A stretch of 63,995 nucleotides of DNA, the filler included, from Folioceros fuciformis (Eukaryota): assembly GCA_049999805.1 (NCBI GenBank). It is 5 parts of 5 records of this genome, joined end to end, with 100 filler letters (N's around TTAATTAATTAA, not from the genome) between each part and the next. Parts side by side here need not be neighbours in the genome. Positions count along the whole stretch, not along the records: positions 1 to 30,860 come from JBNGIO010005673.1; 4 more parts are not named here. One strand, given 5' to 3'. This document shows, one piece after another, positions 1 to 11,419 of the stretch. The stretch's first letter is position 1. The number at the start of each line of letters is the position of its first letter. The notes beneath the pieces are model-generated. The model was not told where the DNA came from and did no database searches. It saw nothing but the letters and a program-made list of their open reading frames with translations. The translations under genes and the position numbers were made by a program.

Positions 1-449
1 ATTATTGATAGTCTTAGATGGAGTCTTTTGAAGCTTTTTTGCTTTCTTCTTCCTTTTGGCTCTACATCTAAGCTTCTTAAACTCCTTGATTGTTGACAAT
101 CTTAGATGAATCTTTATAAGTTTTTTTGGCTTTATACTTGAAGACCTTTTAGCTATACTTTAGACAAAGTTTCCATCCCGCTTTTGGGCTTACTTCATGT
201 AAAGCTTCAAGTCTTTCTAATTGAGACATATATGTAGACAAATTATATATATATATATATAATTTTTATGATACCTCCTTTTCTTCTATATTTTTATCTT
301 ATAAATGAAAATGATTAATTAATGAAAGAAATTTAAGGATGTATTTCTAAAAAGGTTGTTCACTTGTATATATAGTGATGTACTAACTACATAAAGTAGA
401 AGCATAGGTGTAGATAGCATAAACTACAAGAATGGGTGTAGATGTCGAA

Positions 450-1068
450 GAATAGTCAGCTACCATACCTCGCCAAAGTCTCTTTTTCTTAACAACTTTG
501 CCCCCAAACCTGGGATGAAAAGAAGTATTTTTCAAAACAAATGGCTTAAGCCTTTAACAAAAGTTTTTGAGAAAAATAACTTTTAGATTTTGTTTTCTAA
601 GAGAAAAATAACTTTCTACTCCATATACTAAAAAGTATATCTTCGATGTGTATTATATAGTTTATATTAAAAAATTTAAAATCAAATCATATAAGCTTTT
701 ATTTCTAAGGATGATAATAAAGAACAACTTTCAATGAGATTCAAATAGGAAATTTTCGCATGTTTTTGCAGGTGACAAAAATTTACAACCTTAAAGCTTA
801 TGTTTGTGTTTAAGGCTTGTGTTTGTGCAAGATATTGTCATAAAGCTTGCAGGCTATTTTTATGTTTCAATTACTGTTAATATCTTTCGCTTTTGTGTTT
901 TATGAATAGTTAGTTAAAAAAATCCTTCCTGTTTTAAGATAAAATAACTTTAGTTCTCCAGAATCTATTTCACACTTTACTGAAGTATAAATTATCTTGA
1001 GAAATAAAAAAAATGGCTTTAACCCCTAAGTAAAAATTATTTGCCGAGGTATGGTCGGCTACTTATTC
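450..1068. mobile_element. Possible MITE-like AT-rich element with imperfect ~28-bp terminal inverted repeats
   Basis: GAATAGTCAGCTACCATACCTCGCCAAA near 450-477 resembles the reverse complement of TTTGCCGAGGTATGGTCGGCTACTTATTC near 1040-1068. The interior is AT-rich and non-coding. TSD not resolved. Confidence 0.35.
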
Positions 1069-1712
1069 GAAGTTGGAGGGAGAGCGAAATTGCGAAGCAT
1101 CAACTAGAGTCAACTCAGGACGAGGAAGGCTACGGGGACGAGGCGGACGGATGAGTTCGGTTTGGTTGATGACCGACTGGAAGTGGAGGTAGTCTACGGA
1201 GCGCGTCACAGGACAGGGCAGGAGAGGACTGGACGAATCCGGAGCACGGTGGCACAGTGCAGTTTATGAGCTCCCGCTTTATCTTCCACATCGGCCACTA
1301 GCTTTGGGTGCTGTGCGTACCCTTGTGCACGTTGCACCTCCTCCAATTGCATGCGATTTGCAGCTCCTGCAAAACAGTTGTCGAGCTTAAGGTCGGAGCA
1401 GGTGTGTCGGCTGGGCAAGGTGTTGTGGATCTTATCGTCATCTGCTTCTGTGCCGTGTTTGTGAAATTGGCACGATCGGGTGCTGGCAGATCGATTTTCA
1501 TTCGGGCTAGGGTTTTGAGGCAGTGTTCTCGGAGATTTGGAAATTGCAGAGGTTGGAACTCCCGGTCTTGGGAATTGCATGGCATTGCCTGTGGATTGTA
1601 CTCGTAGATGAGATCGTAGTTCTTGAGGGCCAAATCGATTACGGCTGTGTGGGGGACCCTGCTAGTGCTTGGCTTGGACTCGAAGTGTAGTCCCACCAGG
1701 TAGACGGAAAAA

Positions 1713-4638
1713 ATGTACGGGGGAGGATTGATGGATCCGGACGTGATGCGGCTGGCTCAAGAGCAGATGAGCCGCCTTCGGCCTGAAGATCTTCGAAGAA
1801 TGCAGCAGCAGGTACAGATCCTTCCAGAAGCAATCCCGGCACTTGTGATATTGTTTGGAACATGGCTTTGCCCTAGTTGCAGCTTCAGTCTGTGGTTTCA
1901 TGTATCGTTGGTCTTAAAGCCGGTTGCACAAGCTTAAAACCTATCGCGCTTGGCTTTGTTTGATTCCGGGTCTTAGATCATTGTAGCGGGCCGTGAGCAG
2001 CTAAGTTGTAGGACGGTGTTCGTGGCAACGAACTCAAACTTGGCTCTTCTGAGGTGATATCATGGATTTTTTTGCAGATGATGAGTAATCCGGACTTGTT
2101 CCGAATGGCTTCAGAAAGCATGAAAAATCTCAGGCCCGAGGACATCAGAATGGCTGCTGATCAGATGAAACAAATGCCAGCCGAGCAAATGGTAGACATT
2201 AGTGAGAGAATGGCAAAAGCAACGCCTGAAGAGCTTGCTAACATGAAAGCGAGAACTGAGGCCTTCAAGAAGTATGAGTTTCAAGGTTCGATGACACTTA
2301 AAGAACAGGTCAGTTGCTGTCTACAATCTCTTCACTGATTTCCTTCCCTGGAGTGAATGATCTGGGTTGAAAGCGTTATACTGGCACTGTCTTGCCTTTG
2401 GAAATGAGGTCTCATTTGAGTACTCCGGCCACACCTCAGGTCTATCAAACATGTCTGGTTGGTTGTACAGGGTAATGAGCTGCATAGCAGTGGGAGGTAC
2501 AGTGAAGCGGCTGAAAAGTATTCTAGGGTAAGTTGCAGTCCCTTTACCAGTGCTCTAGATCATTCTCCAAGAAACATGAGTCTGCTATTACGAGTATGGG
2601 CCAGGACTCAGTTAACTGTTACTTTGCCAGCTATGCCAAGTCTAGTTGGGATAGCCGAGGGTGCCTCCATACTGTTTACTAGGGACATTATCCACTGCCT
2701 AAACCCATTCAATGTTGTGCCTGACTTGCTATTTGTAGGCAAAAGACAATCTGGTTGGGATGTCATCAGGCGAAGCAAAGAAGTTGCGGTTGGCATGCTC
2801 CTTGAATCTAATGTCCTGCTATCTGAAGACCAACCAGCCTAAGGAAGTTGTGGCTGAGGGTTCCGAGGTATTTTCATGCTTTTGGATTTTAGGCTTTGTT
2901 TAGGTCTTTATGTTTAGCAGGCTCAGGTGTCTTGTCACAGGATTCACAGGGTTGTGCATCGGTTCCAGGTGCTGCAGGTTGACCCAGGAAATCTGAAGGC
3001 CTTGTATAGGAGAGGTCAGGCGTACAAGGAGATGGGGAAATATAAGGTGACTTTCGGTTCGCGTCCCTCCTGTCCCCCGTACGTGAGTGTCGTTGGTATT
3101 GTGACTCACTCTAACTTCTGTTCCAGCTGGCAGTTGAAGACCTCAAACGAGCTGCCGAGCTGTCACCGGATGATGGGACCATTGCTGACGTTTTAAGGTT
3201 AAAGATGTGAACATTTGATGTCCTTACGTCGGACCATGTGCAAAGATGTGGTAACTTACATGTCATGTGCTCATTCAGACAAGCGGAAAGCGACCTCGAA
3301 TTCTACGAACCAGTGGAGGTTCTCAGGGATGGTAAAAACCTTACCTTACTGAGCTCAAGTTAGCACTTTGTCTTCATTTGAATGAAGGGATCTCTTGACT
3401 ATGAGGATGCCTTCGCAGGACCGTTGATTGAGGAGATAACAGATGAAGAAGCAGAGCGTTTTAGCTCATCCTCTCAACCAAGTGAGCGCCGGTCAAATGA
3501 ACCAGAGTGCGCCAATGCAGGAGGGCTGAACAGGGAAGCTGAAGACGCCGCAACCAGTCATGTTGAACCCTCTGCCATTAATGATCAAAATTTTGCTGAA
3601 ACCATGAGTGCTCTGAGGGAGAATCCTGAGATGATAAGGCATGTCAAGTCTTCTACCCAACGGTCTTCACTTCTTAGACAATCTGTCAAATTTTAGTTGA
3701 CATTTCCTCACGCTTATCTGTTATCTTCAGGAACGCTTACACGATGATGTCCAACTTGAACCCTGAGCATATTGCAGAGCTCAGCGGTGGTGGTTTGAGT
3801 CCTGAGATGGCTAAGCTCGCAGCTGACATGGTGAAACAGATGTCACCAGACGAACTTCAGAGGATGGTAGAAATGGCCAGTGTGGGTGGGCGGGAAGGTG
3901 GTTCTGCTTCTCGTTCTTGGCCGGATTCGAGGCCAAATGGTGTAACCAATGCAGTTCATCCTGCGTCAGTTTCTGTTCCTGATTCCAGGTCATCAATTTC
4001 CGAGATCTCAGCAGAGGCTGGTCCTTCGCAGAGATTTAACAGTTCTGGGCCTGTGTCAAGTACGCCCGATATTAGCGGCAATATGGAGGAGCATTTGCGC
4101 AAGCAAATGAAGAATCCTGCAATGATGCAGGTCAGATGTTGTTCACACGATAAATTGTCCTGTCCAGCTCCTTCGTTTTGTCTCCTTTTGTTGACGGACA
4201 GTGGTTTGTCTCTCTGCAGATGATGGCATCAATGATGAAAAGCATGACGCCCGAGATGATGTCAAATATGAGTGAGCAGCTGGGAATCAAATTATCTGCA
4301 GAAGAGGCACGACAAGCTCAAAAGGCGATGTCAAGTTTTAGCCCCGATGAGATTGATAAGCTGGTAAGGTTTTCCCCTAGTTACAAATGATCTACAGTTC
4401 GTTTCTAGCCTTAGCAGACGATTTGGAGTGACGTACTTGATTTGTCCTCGCGGACTACATAAAGGTAATGAACCGTATGCACGTACTGCAGATGAGATGG
4501 GCTGAAAGGGCGCAAAGGCTGGGTGAACAAGGAAAGAGGGTAAAAAATTGGTTGCTAGGCAGGCCTGGTCTGGTACTGGCAGTGTTGATGTTGCTAGTAG
4601 CAGTAATTCTCCACTATTTCGGGGTGATCGGCAGCTAG
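1713..4638 (+). CDS. OEP61: Outer envelope protein 61-like TPR chaperone receptor with C-terminal tail anchor. 11 exons: 1713-1811, 2078-2308, 2471-2527, 2739-2867, 2969-3046, 3127-3197, 3279-3331, 3419-3638, 3731-4130, 4220-4363, 4492-4638
   Basis: Spliced translation gives MDPDVMRLAQEQMSR..., the TPR clamp (GNELHSSGRYSEAAEKYSR, LACSLNLMSCYLKTNQ, KALYRRGQAYKEMG), Met-rich repeats and the C-terminal TM segment NWLLGRPGLVLAVLMLLVAVILHYFG. All introns are GT-AG except one GC-AG (3639-3730), and the frame is consistent throughout. Confidence 0.93.
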
Positions 4639-5568
4639 ACATGAGAAGAGTTTAGCTTAAAGCGGACTGCAGGTATTTGACAATGTTAAGTAATGCCTAT
4701 GGACTGCGTGAGACGAGTCAGTCTTGTCCAGTGTTTGGCTGTCGCTGCACTTGATCAGGCCGACGAATCCTCCTTGGATGGAACTTCAGCGAGACGTGAA
4801 AATTTCCTTTTCTCCGTTGTTTTCCCTTCTGAAGGCACTCAAGTGGTCATCCTTTTTGGTACATGGTATATGTTTGTAGTAACGAAGGAAACTTGCTTGA
4901 CTTCAAGCTCGTGGAGTTTGTTCCCCTTGTCAATCAGACATCTGTGGTCAGTGTTTGCAGCTTTGTAGGATTCGTGCGGGCTACCGGGTATATTTAGGAT
5001 TTGCAGGAGCTCGTCCATCCTTTCCATCCAGTAAGTAGAGAGTTGTAAAGGTTCAGATCATTCCTTGATGTTAAACTCGGACCCCTGACTTATGGACCGG
5101 TCGATCTAAGGGACGGCCAACTCTAGTGGGGCCATGGTTGCCTAGAGTAAGGGAGGACGTACTTACGATGCTGGGTTTGTTGCATTCAAGGTTTCCCCAA
5201 AATTATGTTTTTTTGTTTTTTTAAAATTAATGCTCCCTTATTGGGCAAAGGTTTGAGTTGTCGAAGAAAAGCCATAGACCATGAGCTTGGCAACACTCCC
5301 TGCCATTACGCTTGCGAGTGAGTCGGGGACAAAGGAGAATATAATGCTCATGGAAAGATTATTTGTTAATGTGAAGTGACGGGCAATACTTCAGCTTTAA
5401 TATCATGAGCATGAGCATTCATAATAAGAGGAATAAAATTATTTATATTATATTATAATGGTAAGGAGGATAAAATAATGGCTTTTTAATATTTTGACAA
5501 TAAGGAGGATGAAATTATGGATAACCTTCCTTTATAAGGACGAAAATGAAGTCATGGGTAACTTTCTT

Positions 5569-5778
5569 TTACATGGTTGATTTTATGAGCTTAAACCCAG
5601 CTTGTCTTTGCTGACATGTCCTAGTGCCAAGCATGTCAAGTCCCAACATGATATATAAATGCACTAATACTTGTTCCTTGTCTGTCAATTGGACTTCATG
5701 CCATGCTTGAAACTTATAGTAATATATGCACATTACTACGTTTGATTGCATTTTGACATAGCAAGATGGGCAACCCAA
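5569..5778 (-). pseudogene. Degenerate RPA70-C/OB-fold-like ORF fragment (paralog at 13904-14200)
   Basis: GCPSCYVK...MC..YYYKFQAWHEVQLTDKEQVLVHLYIMLGLDMLG loosely matches the CxxC...VxD...F...LLG pattern of RPA1 C-terminal domains. The peptide is conserved in the second module copy. Confidence 0.3.
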
Positions 5779-6097
5779 ATGGAACGTGTGAAGTACATTT
5801 TTCGTGAGTAGCTAATAGCCTCCAACAATGCGGTGGTTTGTCACGAGGACAATCCATAAGCTTCTTTGTAGATTGAGTGGAAAATAAGTAAAATACGATC
5901 CTTAAGTTTATGACAACTTGGATTCATAGTGTAAAATTGTTGGTAAACTTTATAAAAGAGATCTACAATAGAGAGGGATATACTAAAGCCTAATTACGAG
6001 TACAAGTGGGGTGGTGAACTATCTTATCATTGTTTTCATTTGTTGCAAGACGAACACAAAGGGTGTTAATCAATGACTTGTTGTCGTTGGAAGGGCT

Positions 6098-6278
6098 TAA
6101 GGCACACTCTAAGAAAATACTAGCTAAGCTTGTGAGAATGCTATAAAAAGCAAGTACATAAGGTAAACTTTAAGAAGATACTAGCTAAGCTTGTGAGAAT
6201 GCTATAAAAAGCAAGTACTCAAGGTACACTTAAAGAAAATACCAACTAAGCTTATGAGCATGCTATATACAAGCAAGT
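6098..6278 (+). repeat. ~61-bp tandem repeat, 3 units (2 units in module copy 2, ~14568-14685)
   Basis: Unit approx. AAGGxACACTTxAAGAAAATACxAGCTAAGCTTGTGAGxATGCTATAAAAAGCAAGTACT repeated head-to-tail. Confidence 0.85.
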
Positions 6279-6472
6279 TTGAATAAAGCCTAATATCAAA
6301 AATAAGAAGAAGGAAGGAACGTGTGGTCAAATGACCAAGCTATAAAGTTTAAGCTTCTGAAAGCATTTTTACTATGAGATCCACAGGCAAACAAGAACCT
6401 CTAATATTATCATCATAAGAGAGGCATCTATATGGGCTCAATCTTCTCAAAACTTTGATTGAAAGATTTGCA

Positions 6473-6928
6473 ATGGAAGACACCCTTGAAATTTCACAAG
6501 AGATGCTAACAAGGTTTATGCTTGAAGTACGGGATTTGTTAAACCAAGCATGGATTATGCAAAATGATACATGGAATTTCCTACATCAAGGATACAAAAG
6601 GCAAGCTCAAATTGAAGATGGACTCAATGAGATGCAAAATGATATGGATACAATACAACCTCAATCACAGAATATTCTAAATGACGTTCTGGGCCCCGCT
6701 CCACAACAACAAGATTTTCTTGAATATTGTCGTAACAATCTTATTGAAGAAATTCTTCATTCCCCAAGTCTAGATGAAACGTGTAGTATATGTATGGAAA
6801 CTCAAGAACAAGGTGATCGTAGAATATGTAGACTACGGTGTTGTACATACATTTTTCATGAGCATTGTATTTTGCAATGGCTTAGGAGATGACAATCTTG
6901 TCCACTTTGTAGAAGAACAATGCTTTGA
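6473..6928 (+). pseudogene. Intronless RING-H2 E3-ligase-like gene, copy 1, with a premature TGA at 6890-6892 before the last CxxC
   Basis: CSICMETQEQGDRRICRLRCCTYIFHEHCILQWLRR*QSCPLCRRTML. One zinc-ligand His is Tyr relative to copy 2. Confidence 0.75.
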
Positions 6929-7354
6929 TCCTCAATGCCACATCTAGAAACATATGTCCTTTCTAGGGCTTTTAAACTTGTTGCAACTTTTGTGACAATC
7001 TTTAAAAGTGTTATAAAAGGAGTCTTGTGCAATAGGGGTAGTGACCACTTCTATGGATGTTGCACATCATTATACTACATGCTTTGTATAATTAAGCATA
7101 GTCAATGAAAGAGTTAACTCACAACTAGATGTTTAAGGTCTAAATAATATTTGAAAGTAACCATGTTTCCGAGCATTATTTATTAAGTTTTTGTCTTGAA
7201 TCCTAAAGGTTTGGATTTTGAGTGCTAGAATGAACAAGGTGATGGAGGGAGGTTAATATGACTACAGCCTCGGCCACATTGGGAATTGACATCCTTAGTG
7301 CTTTTGCTTGTCAATATTTGTTTTTTGGTGAAGAGGATATTGTTCATTTTAGCA

Positions 7355-7732
7355 CTAAAGTAGTTCGCATTTTGTTGCGAAAGAAGGCACATGTACTATC
7401 TGCCCTCTTGGGCATGCCATACTAAGTGACCAGGCCAAAAGAAGGCATATACTATCTGCCCTCTTTGGCATGCCATACTTAAGTGACCACTCAAGTATGC
7501 TTTGAGTCCGCAAAATACCGCAACATGAGAAATAGGTCCAAGAGTCCCTTCCTCCCCAAGCGAGCACATGTATGCACAACATGTGTGATGTCATATATTT
7601 GTCGATCTTCATTGTTGAGACTTTCAATTGTGCGGTGTGGGTCAAGGGAATCCACTCAAAGGATTCCTTGGTAAAAGGGCCTGGAGGAGGGGTCTGAATG
7701 AAAAATGGACAGCCCGCTGCTGCACTCTCCAT
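7355..7732 (-). pseudogene. 5' fragment of a MULE/SWIM-type transposase-like gene related to the one at 43.6 kb
   Basis: CPFFIQTPPPGPFTKE resembles CPLFIQSPTLGQFNID at 43605. Contains a ~60-bp internal tandem duplication (7381-7490). Confidence 0.4.
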
Positions 7733-7891
7733 GGTGGTCTATTTCCTAAGAGCATTGTGAGCATCACCAGTGAACTGTCCCTTTCAGAATAGTGACAATG
7801 AAATGCATGATTCGTGAAATTCAGGCAAGAGTGCAATGGCCGCGGAGGTGGGCTCCTAGCTGCAGGTTTAGTGTCATTTCCACATACCCTT

Positions 7892-8119
7892 CTAGTTAGT
7901 GGCTGATGTTAACAAAAAGTCCTTACCTACGTCAAATGCAACAACCCTTGTCTGACAAGACTCATCTTCAACCAGGAGTCGGAGCTGGTAGCATAGCTTT
8001 TTAAATGCTGGAACCTCCTCGCAAGTTGCACACTTGCTTGTGGATGGCAACTTGGAATTGCAGGTTGGACACCCTTCGTAGAGTGCGAAAGCAGCCCTAT
8101 CACACTCGACAACCACCAT
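7892..8119 (-). pseudogene. RPA70 C-terminal (zinc-binding OB-fold) like fragment
   Basis: YEGCPTCNSKL...CATC...YQLRLLVEDESCQTRVVAFDVGKDFLL matches the YxACxxCxKK...CxxC...YxLxxxVxDxT....xF pattern of RPA1 DBD-C. Such ORFs are typical of plant Helitron cargo. The ORF is short and terminates early. Confidence 0.6.
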
Positions 8120-8482
8120 GAGGAGGACATGGTGCTGGACTTCTGCAGCATCCTAATCCTGGACAAGCTCTTCAAGAGTGGTGATGAGCTGTGGCATTTG
8201 GACTTCAATTCCAAAGACACGCAACTCACTATCACCAACTATGAGCCTCCTCCTGCACTAGAGCGTGCCAACCTCCTTCGGGATCCTAAACCCGCGAGGA
8301 ATGCAACAGATTGATGGATCACGCTTAGCTTCAGGTGCCTCTCCCGGCACACACGACGCGCAACTTGAGTTTCAAGTTCTGGGGTGAGGCTGCATTTTAG
8401 ATTGGTATATCTATGGTTGTCTGTATACAGAAATTGTACTAGGCTAAGCGGGCGCCCGGTAGGTCATGTAATGCCCATGAAG

Positions 8483-8662
8483 GGCATGGATGGTCTGCTG
8501 GTGGTGGGCCCGTGGGATCACAGCGCATCGCGAAGCGGAACCTCATCACTCCACGGGAGGTTTAGCTCATGCCGGCATGGAGGGTCTGTTGCTGGTGGGG
8601 TCACAGCGCATCGGGAAGCGGAACCTCGTCACTCTACCCTACCCGCAGGTTTAGCTAATGCC
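8483..8662 (+). repeat. Imperfect ~90-bp tandem duplication upstream of the alpha-kinase gene
   Basis: Units 8483-8573 and 8574-8662 share TCACAGCGCATCGxGAAGCGGAACCTC and GGTTTAGCTxATGCC. Each begins with GGCATG. Confidence 0.75.
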
Positions 8663-8982
8663 TTGTCTGAAGTGATAGTCCTGTTCAAAGCAGAAGGACG
8701 TTGAGGAGGTGTCGGCGTCCGTCCTGCAGGAAATGCAGTTAACGTCAATTGCAGCCACTTAATGGCTGGGCGTCAGGGCCTTTGTCTCGATCTCTGAAGC
8801 CGTAAATGCTTCGTACGTCCGAATTCCTCCATTTATGGCTTAGGAGATGAGGCCCACAGGCACCAAGGTGCCTGTTGGCGGCGGCCGTTGTCACTCCCGC
8901 ACACTTCGCTCCGCTACCTGCGCAAGGATCAGATCTGCGTTGTGAAACAGGCTCCAGCGACATCGCAATTGCAGCGAGCTCC

Positions 8983-10836
8983 ATGGCGTCTCGACTGTCG
9001 ACCATTGAGGAGGAAAAACGTAGCGAGCTGGCATCTGCAACTAAGAGCAGTACTAGGCGGGAATTGGAGAACCTGAAGCTGCAACTGCAGAAGCTCGAAA
9101 CAAACATCTCATCGAGTGAGACCAGCAGCAAAAGCAGAACTATAAGGTTCAGCAGCGCAGCTCGGGACCCTGCGTCCTCGCAAACGCGCCAGAAGCTGGC
9201 TATTTTGGAAGCTGAGCTCGCTGCGAAGAATGAGCGGCTGTCTTACCTGGAACGGCACCGCAGGGATGCTACGCAGAAGCGCAAGGATGAGCTGAAAATC
9301 ATCATCCGCAAGGCGCAGGCGCTGGACCTTGCCTTCTTGGTTGATGCTACATGGAGCATGGCAGGCTGTATAGATATAGTGAAGGATGAGGTGGCTTCTG
9401 TGGCGAAGGGCATCGCTGAAGCACATCCTCAATCCAATCTTCGTGTGGCGTTCGCCTCCTACCGAGATTACGACGATCCCCCTTACAAGAGCTGTGACTT
9501 TACCTCCAGCTTCCGCGGTCTTGGCAGCGTCTTCGTAAGAGCCCTTTCAGAGGTGAAGGCGTCTGGCGCTGGCGTCGATGCCGCGGAAGATGTTTTTAGT
9601 GGCCTTGAGGATGTGGCCAAGTTGAGCTGGCAGGCTGCTAGTCGTGTGTTGATTCACATTGGTGACGCCCCTTGCCATGGCAGGCGGTTTCATGACGGGG
9701 TTGGAGACAGGTATCCGAACGGGGACAAGCTGCATCGGGACATCGGCCTTCTGCTGCGGACCTTGCGCAATGGGTGCAAAATATCAAGCTACACATTTTG
9801 TCACCTAAACCAGTCTACTAAGAAGATGGTGACGGAATTTGAGAAAGAGGTTGGGGGGGGGTGGATTCAGCAGGAGCTCTTCGACGATATCAGCGACATA
9901 CCGCTGAAGGTTGTGGCGGTCTCCAACGAGACCATAGCCAGCACGTTGAGCTGCCTGGGCAAATCAAAAGGCGTGCCGGGGCCCCACGCGTACGTTTCCG
10001 AGGTGGTGCAGCCTGGGATTCCCGATTGGAAGGAGATTCCCCGTCGGACGGCGCAGCAGTTGAGGGGCAAGTTCTACGGGTCCTTGGATCAGCTTTTGGA
10101 GAGACTGGCTTCGGGCAAGACACTTGATCTAGAGTCAATGCCAACGGTTGATGTGCATATAGCACGACATCCATTCAGTGCAAGTGGAGCTATGCGGTGG
10201 CCTTATTATGCACAGGTAACAGATGTCTTGACAAAAGCATGCCTTCCGATGGTCGTGAAGAGGTTCAAGATGCCTTCGGCTGCAAAGAGCTCGGATGTTC
10301 ACCGTGAAGGGCGATACCTGGAGCAGATGGAGGTGCAAACTGTGTCTGCACAGATGGCCACAGAATTTAACAAGAAGATGAAAAACCTGGCAGGAGCAAA
10401 GCAGGTTACGTTCTCCATGGTAACAACTCTTAACGTGGAGGGTGCACAGGGCGGGCCAAGCCTTTCCTATAACATGGAGAAATTTCTGAAAGGGTCATGG
10501 ATAAAGTATTCGAACAATGCGGGATATGTAAATACGGCAGATTACGCTGCAACCTTACAGGCGTTCAGTCACTGGACGCATGAAAGGTCAAGAGGTCTCT
10601 TCATGGTGACGGACCTCCAGGGAGTGCGTGTGCAAAGTTCAAACGGCGAGAACGAGTTTTGGCTGTCTGATCCAGCCATACACAGCAAGGATTTGTTGCG
10701 CTTTACTGCCACAAACTTAGGAGAAGCAGGATTCGAGCTCTTTTACGAAACGCACAAATGCAACGATGTGTGCCGGGGTCTAATGCTTAAGCCATGCATG
10801 AACGGCTACACTGTTGCAGGTACAAGGCTCCGGTAG
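8983..10836 (+). CDS. Intronless coiled-coil + von Willebrand factor A + alpha-kinase protein (VwkA-like atypical kinase), ~617 aa
   Basis: First ATG at 8983, following a likely 5'UTR acceptor at 8950. vWA MIDAS motif LDLAFLVDATWSM, plus LRVAFASYRDY, AEDVFSGL and IHIGDAPCHG. Alpha-kinase motifs PFSASGAMR, VVKRFK, MEKFLKGSWIKYSNNAG, LQAFSHWT, VTDLQGV, LSDPAIH, NLGEAG and Zn site HKCNDVC. Confidence 0.92.
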   Translation: MASRLSTIEEEKRSELASATKSSTRRELENLKLQLQKLETNISSSETSSKSRTIRFSSAARDPASSQTRQKLAILEAELAAKNERLSYLERHRRDATQKRKDELKIIIRKAQALDLAFLVDATWSMAGCIDIVKDEVASVAKGIAEAHPQSNLRVAFASYRDYDDPPYKSCDFTSSFRGLGSVFVRALSEVKASGAGVDAAEDVFSGLEDVAKLSWQAASRVLIHIGDAPCHGRRFHDGVGDRYPNGDKLHRDIGLLLRTLRNGCKISSYTFCHLNQSTKKMVTEFEKEVGGGWIQQELFDDISDIPLKVVAVSNETIASTLSCLGKSKGVPGPHAYVSEVVQPGIPDWKEIPRRTAQQLRGKFYGSLDQLLERLASGKTLDLESMPTVDVHIARHPFSASGAMRWPYYAQVTDVLTKACLPMVVKRFKMPSAAKSSDVHREGRYLEQMEVQTVSAQMATEFNKKMKNLAGAKQVTFSMVTTLNVEGAQGGPSLSYNMEKFLKGSWIKYSNNAGYVNTADYAATLQAFSHWTHERSRGLFMVTDLQGVRVQSSNGENEFWLSDPAIHSKDLLRFTATNLGEAGFELFYETHKCNDVCRGLMLKPCMNGYTVAGTRLR

Positions 10837-11419
10837 CTGCAAGGCTGTCATGCCATATGGTTGTTGGGATTGTAAGGCAGGGCTGTAGGGATTGTAAGGC
10901 AGGGGCTGTTCAGCTCTTGGTTTGCTGGATTGGATGCTTCCCAGTTTTGCGTAGATGGCAGCAGCCGCCCTGACAGCATCGATTTATCCCCCGAACTGTG
11001 ACTGACGAACAGGAGGGGAATGAAATCGTGACTGTCGTGATTGTCTTGTCCATTGCCAGAGTCTTAAGAGTAAGGGATACAAATGTGACATCTTGACATG
11101 TTTTCGGAGGCCTGCAAGCAAGGGATAAGAACGCAATCATCTTGCATAGGAGTATATTTACGAACCTTGTTGGTCACATCTCTCGCCTAGCCTGGAGGGT
11201 TCGTAATGCATCTACGTACTCTTCTTAAGTAGATAGATGGATTTTTCTTGGCGGCCTGATCCTTGTGGGGCGATGCAATTTTTTTTTTCTCTGCCTCCCT
11301 TGGTTGAACACAAGGTGTTTTTTTCTCGTTCCTTGGCTCAAGCAAACATCATTGGTATTTCTCCAAAGGATCCATACAAATCTACGTGAAACATAGATTT
11401 CCTGTCCATACTGATTAGC

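Larger units (their letters stand above)
5620..7230. repeat. Copy 1 of a ~1.6-2 kb direct-repeat module: degenerate minus-strand OB-fold-like ORF, 61-bp tandem repeats and a plus-strand RING-H2 ORF
   Basis: Collinear similarity to 13930-15960, e.g. CCATGCTTGAAxCTTATAGTA, CAAACAAGAACCTCTAATAT, CTTATTGAAGAAATTCTTCATTCCCCAA and TTTGTATAATTAAGCATAG. Boundaries approximate. Confidence 0.85.

Noticed and set aside
1206-1696. Overlapping 99-132 aa ORFs upstream of OEP61
   Set aside because: No recognisable motifs; the region is best explained as promoter, 5'UTR and UTR intron.
8875-8982. N-terminal 36 aa of the 653-aa ORF call
   Set aside because: Starts at a TTG and spans a probable splice acceptor at 8950; the ATG at 8983 is the more credible start.
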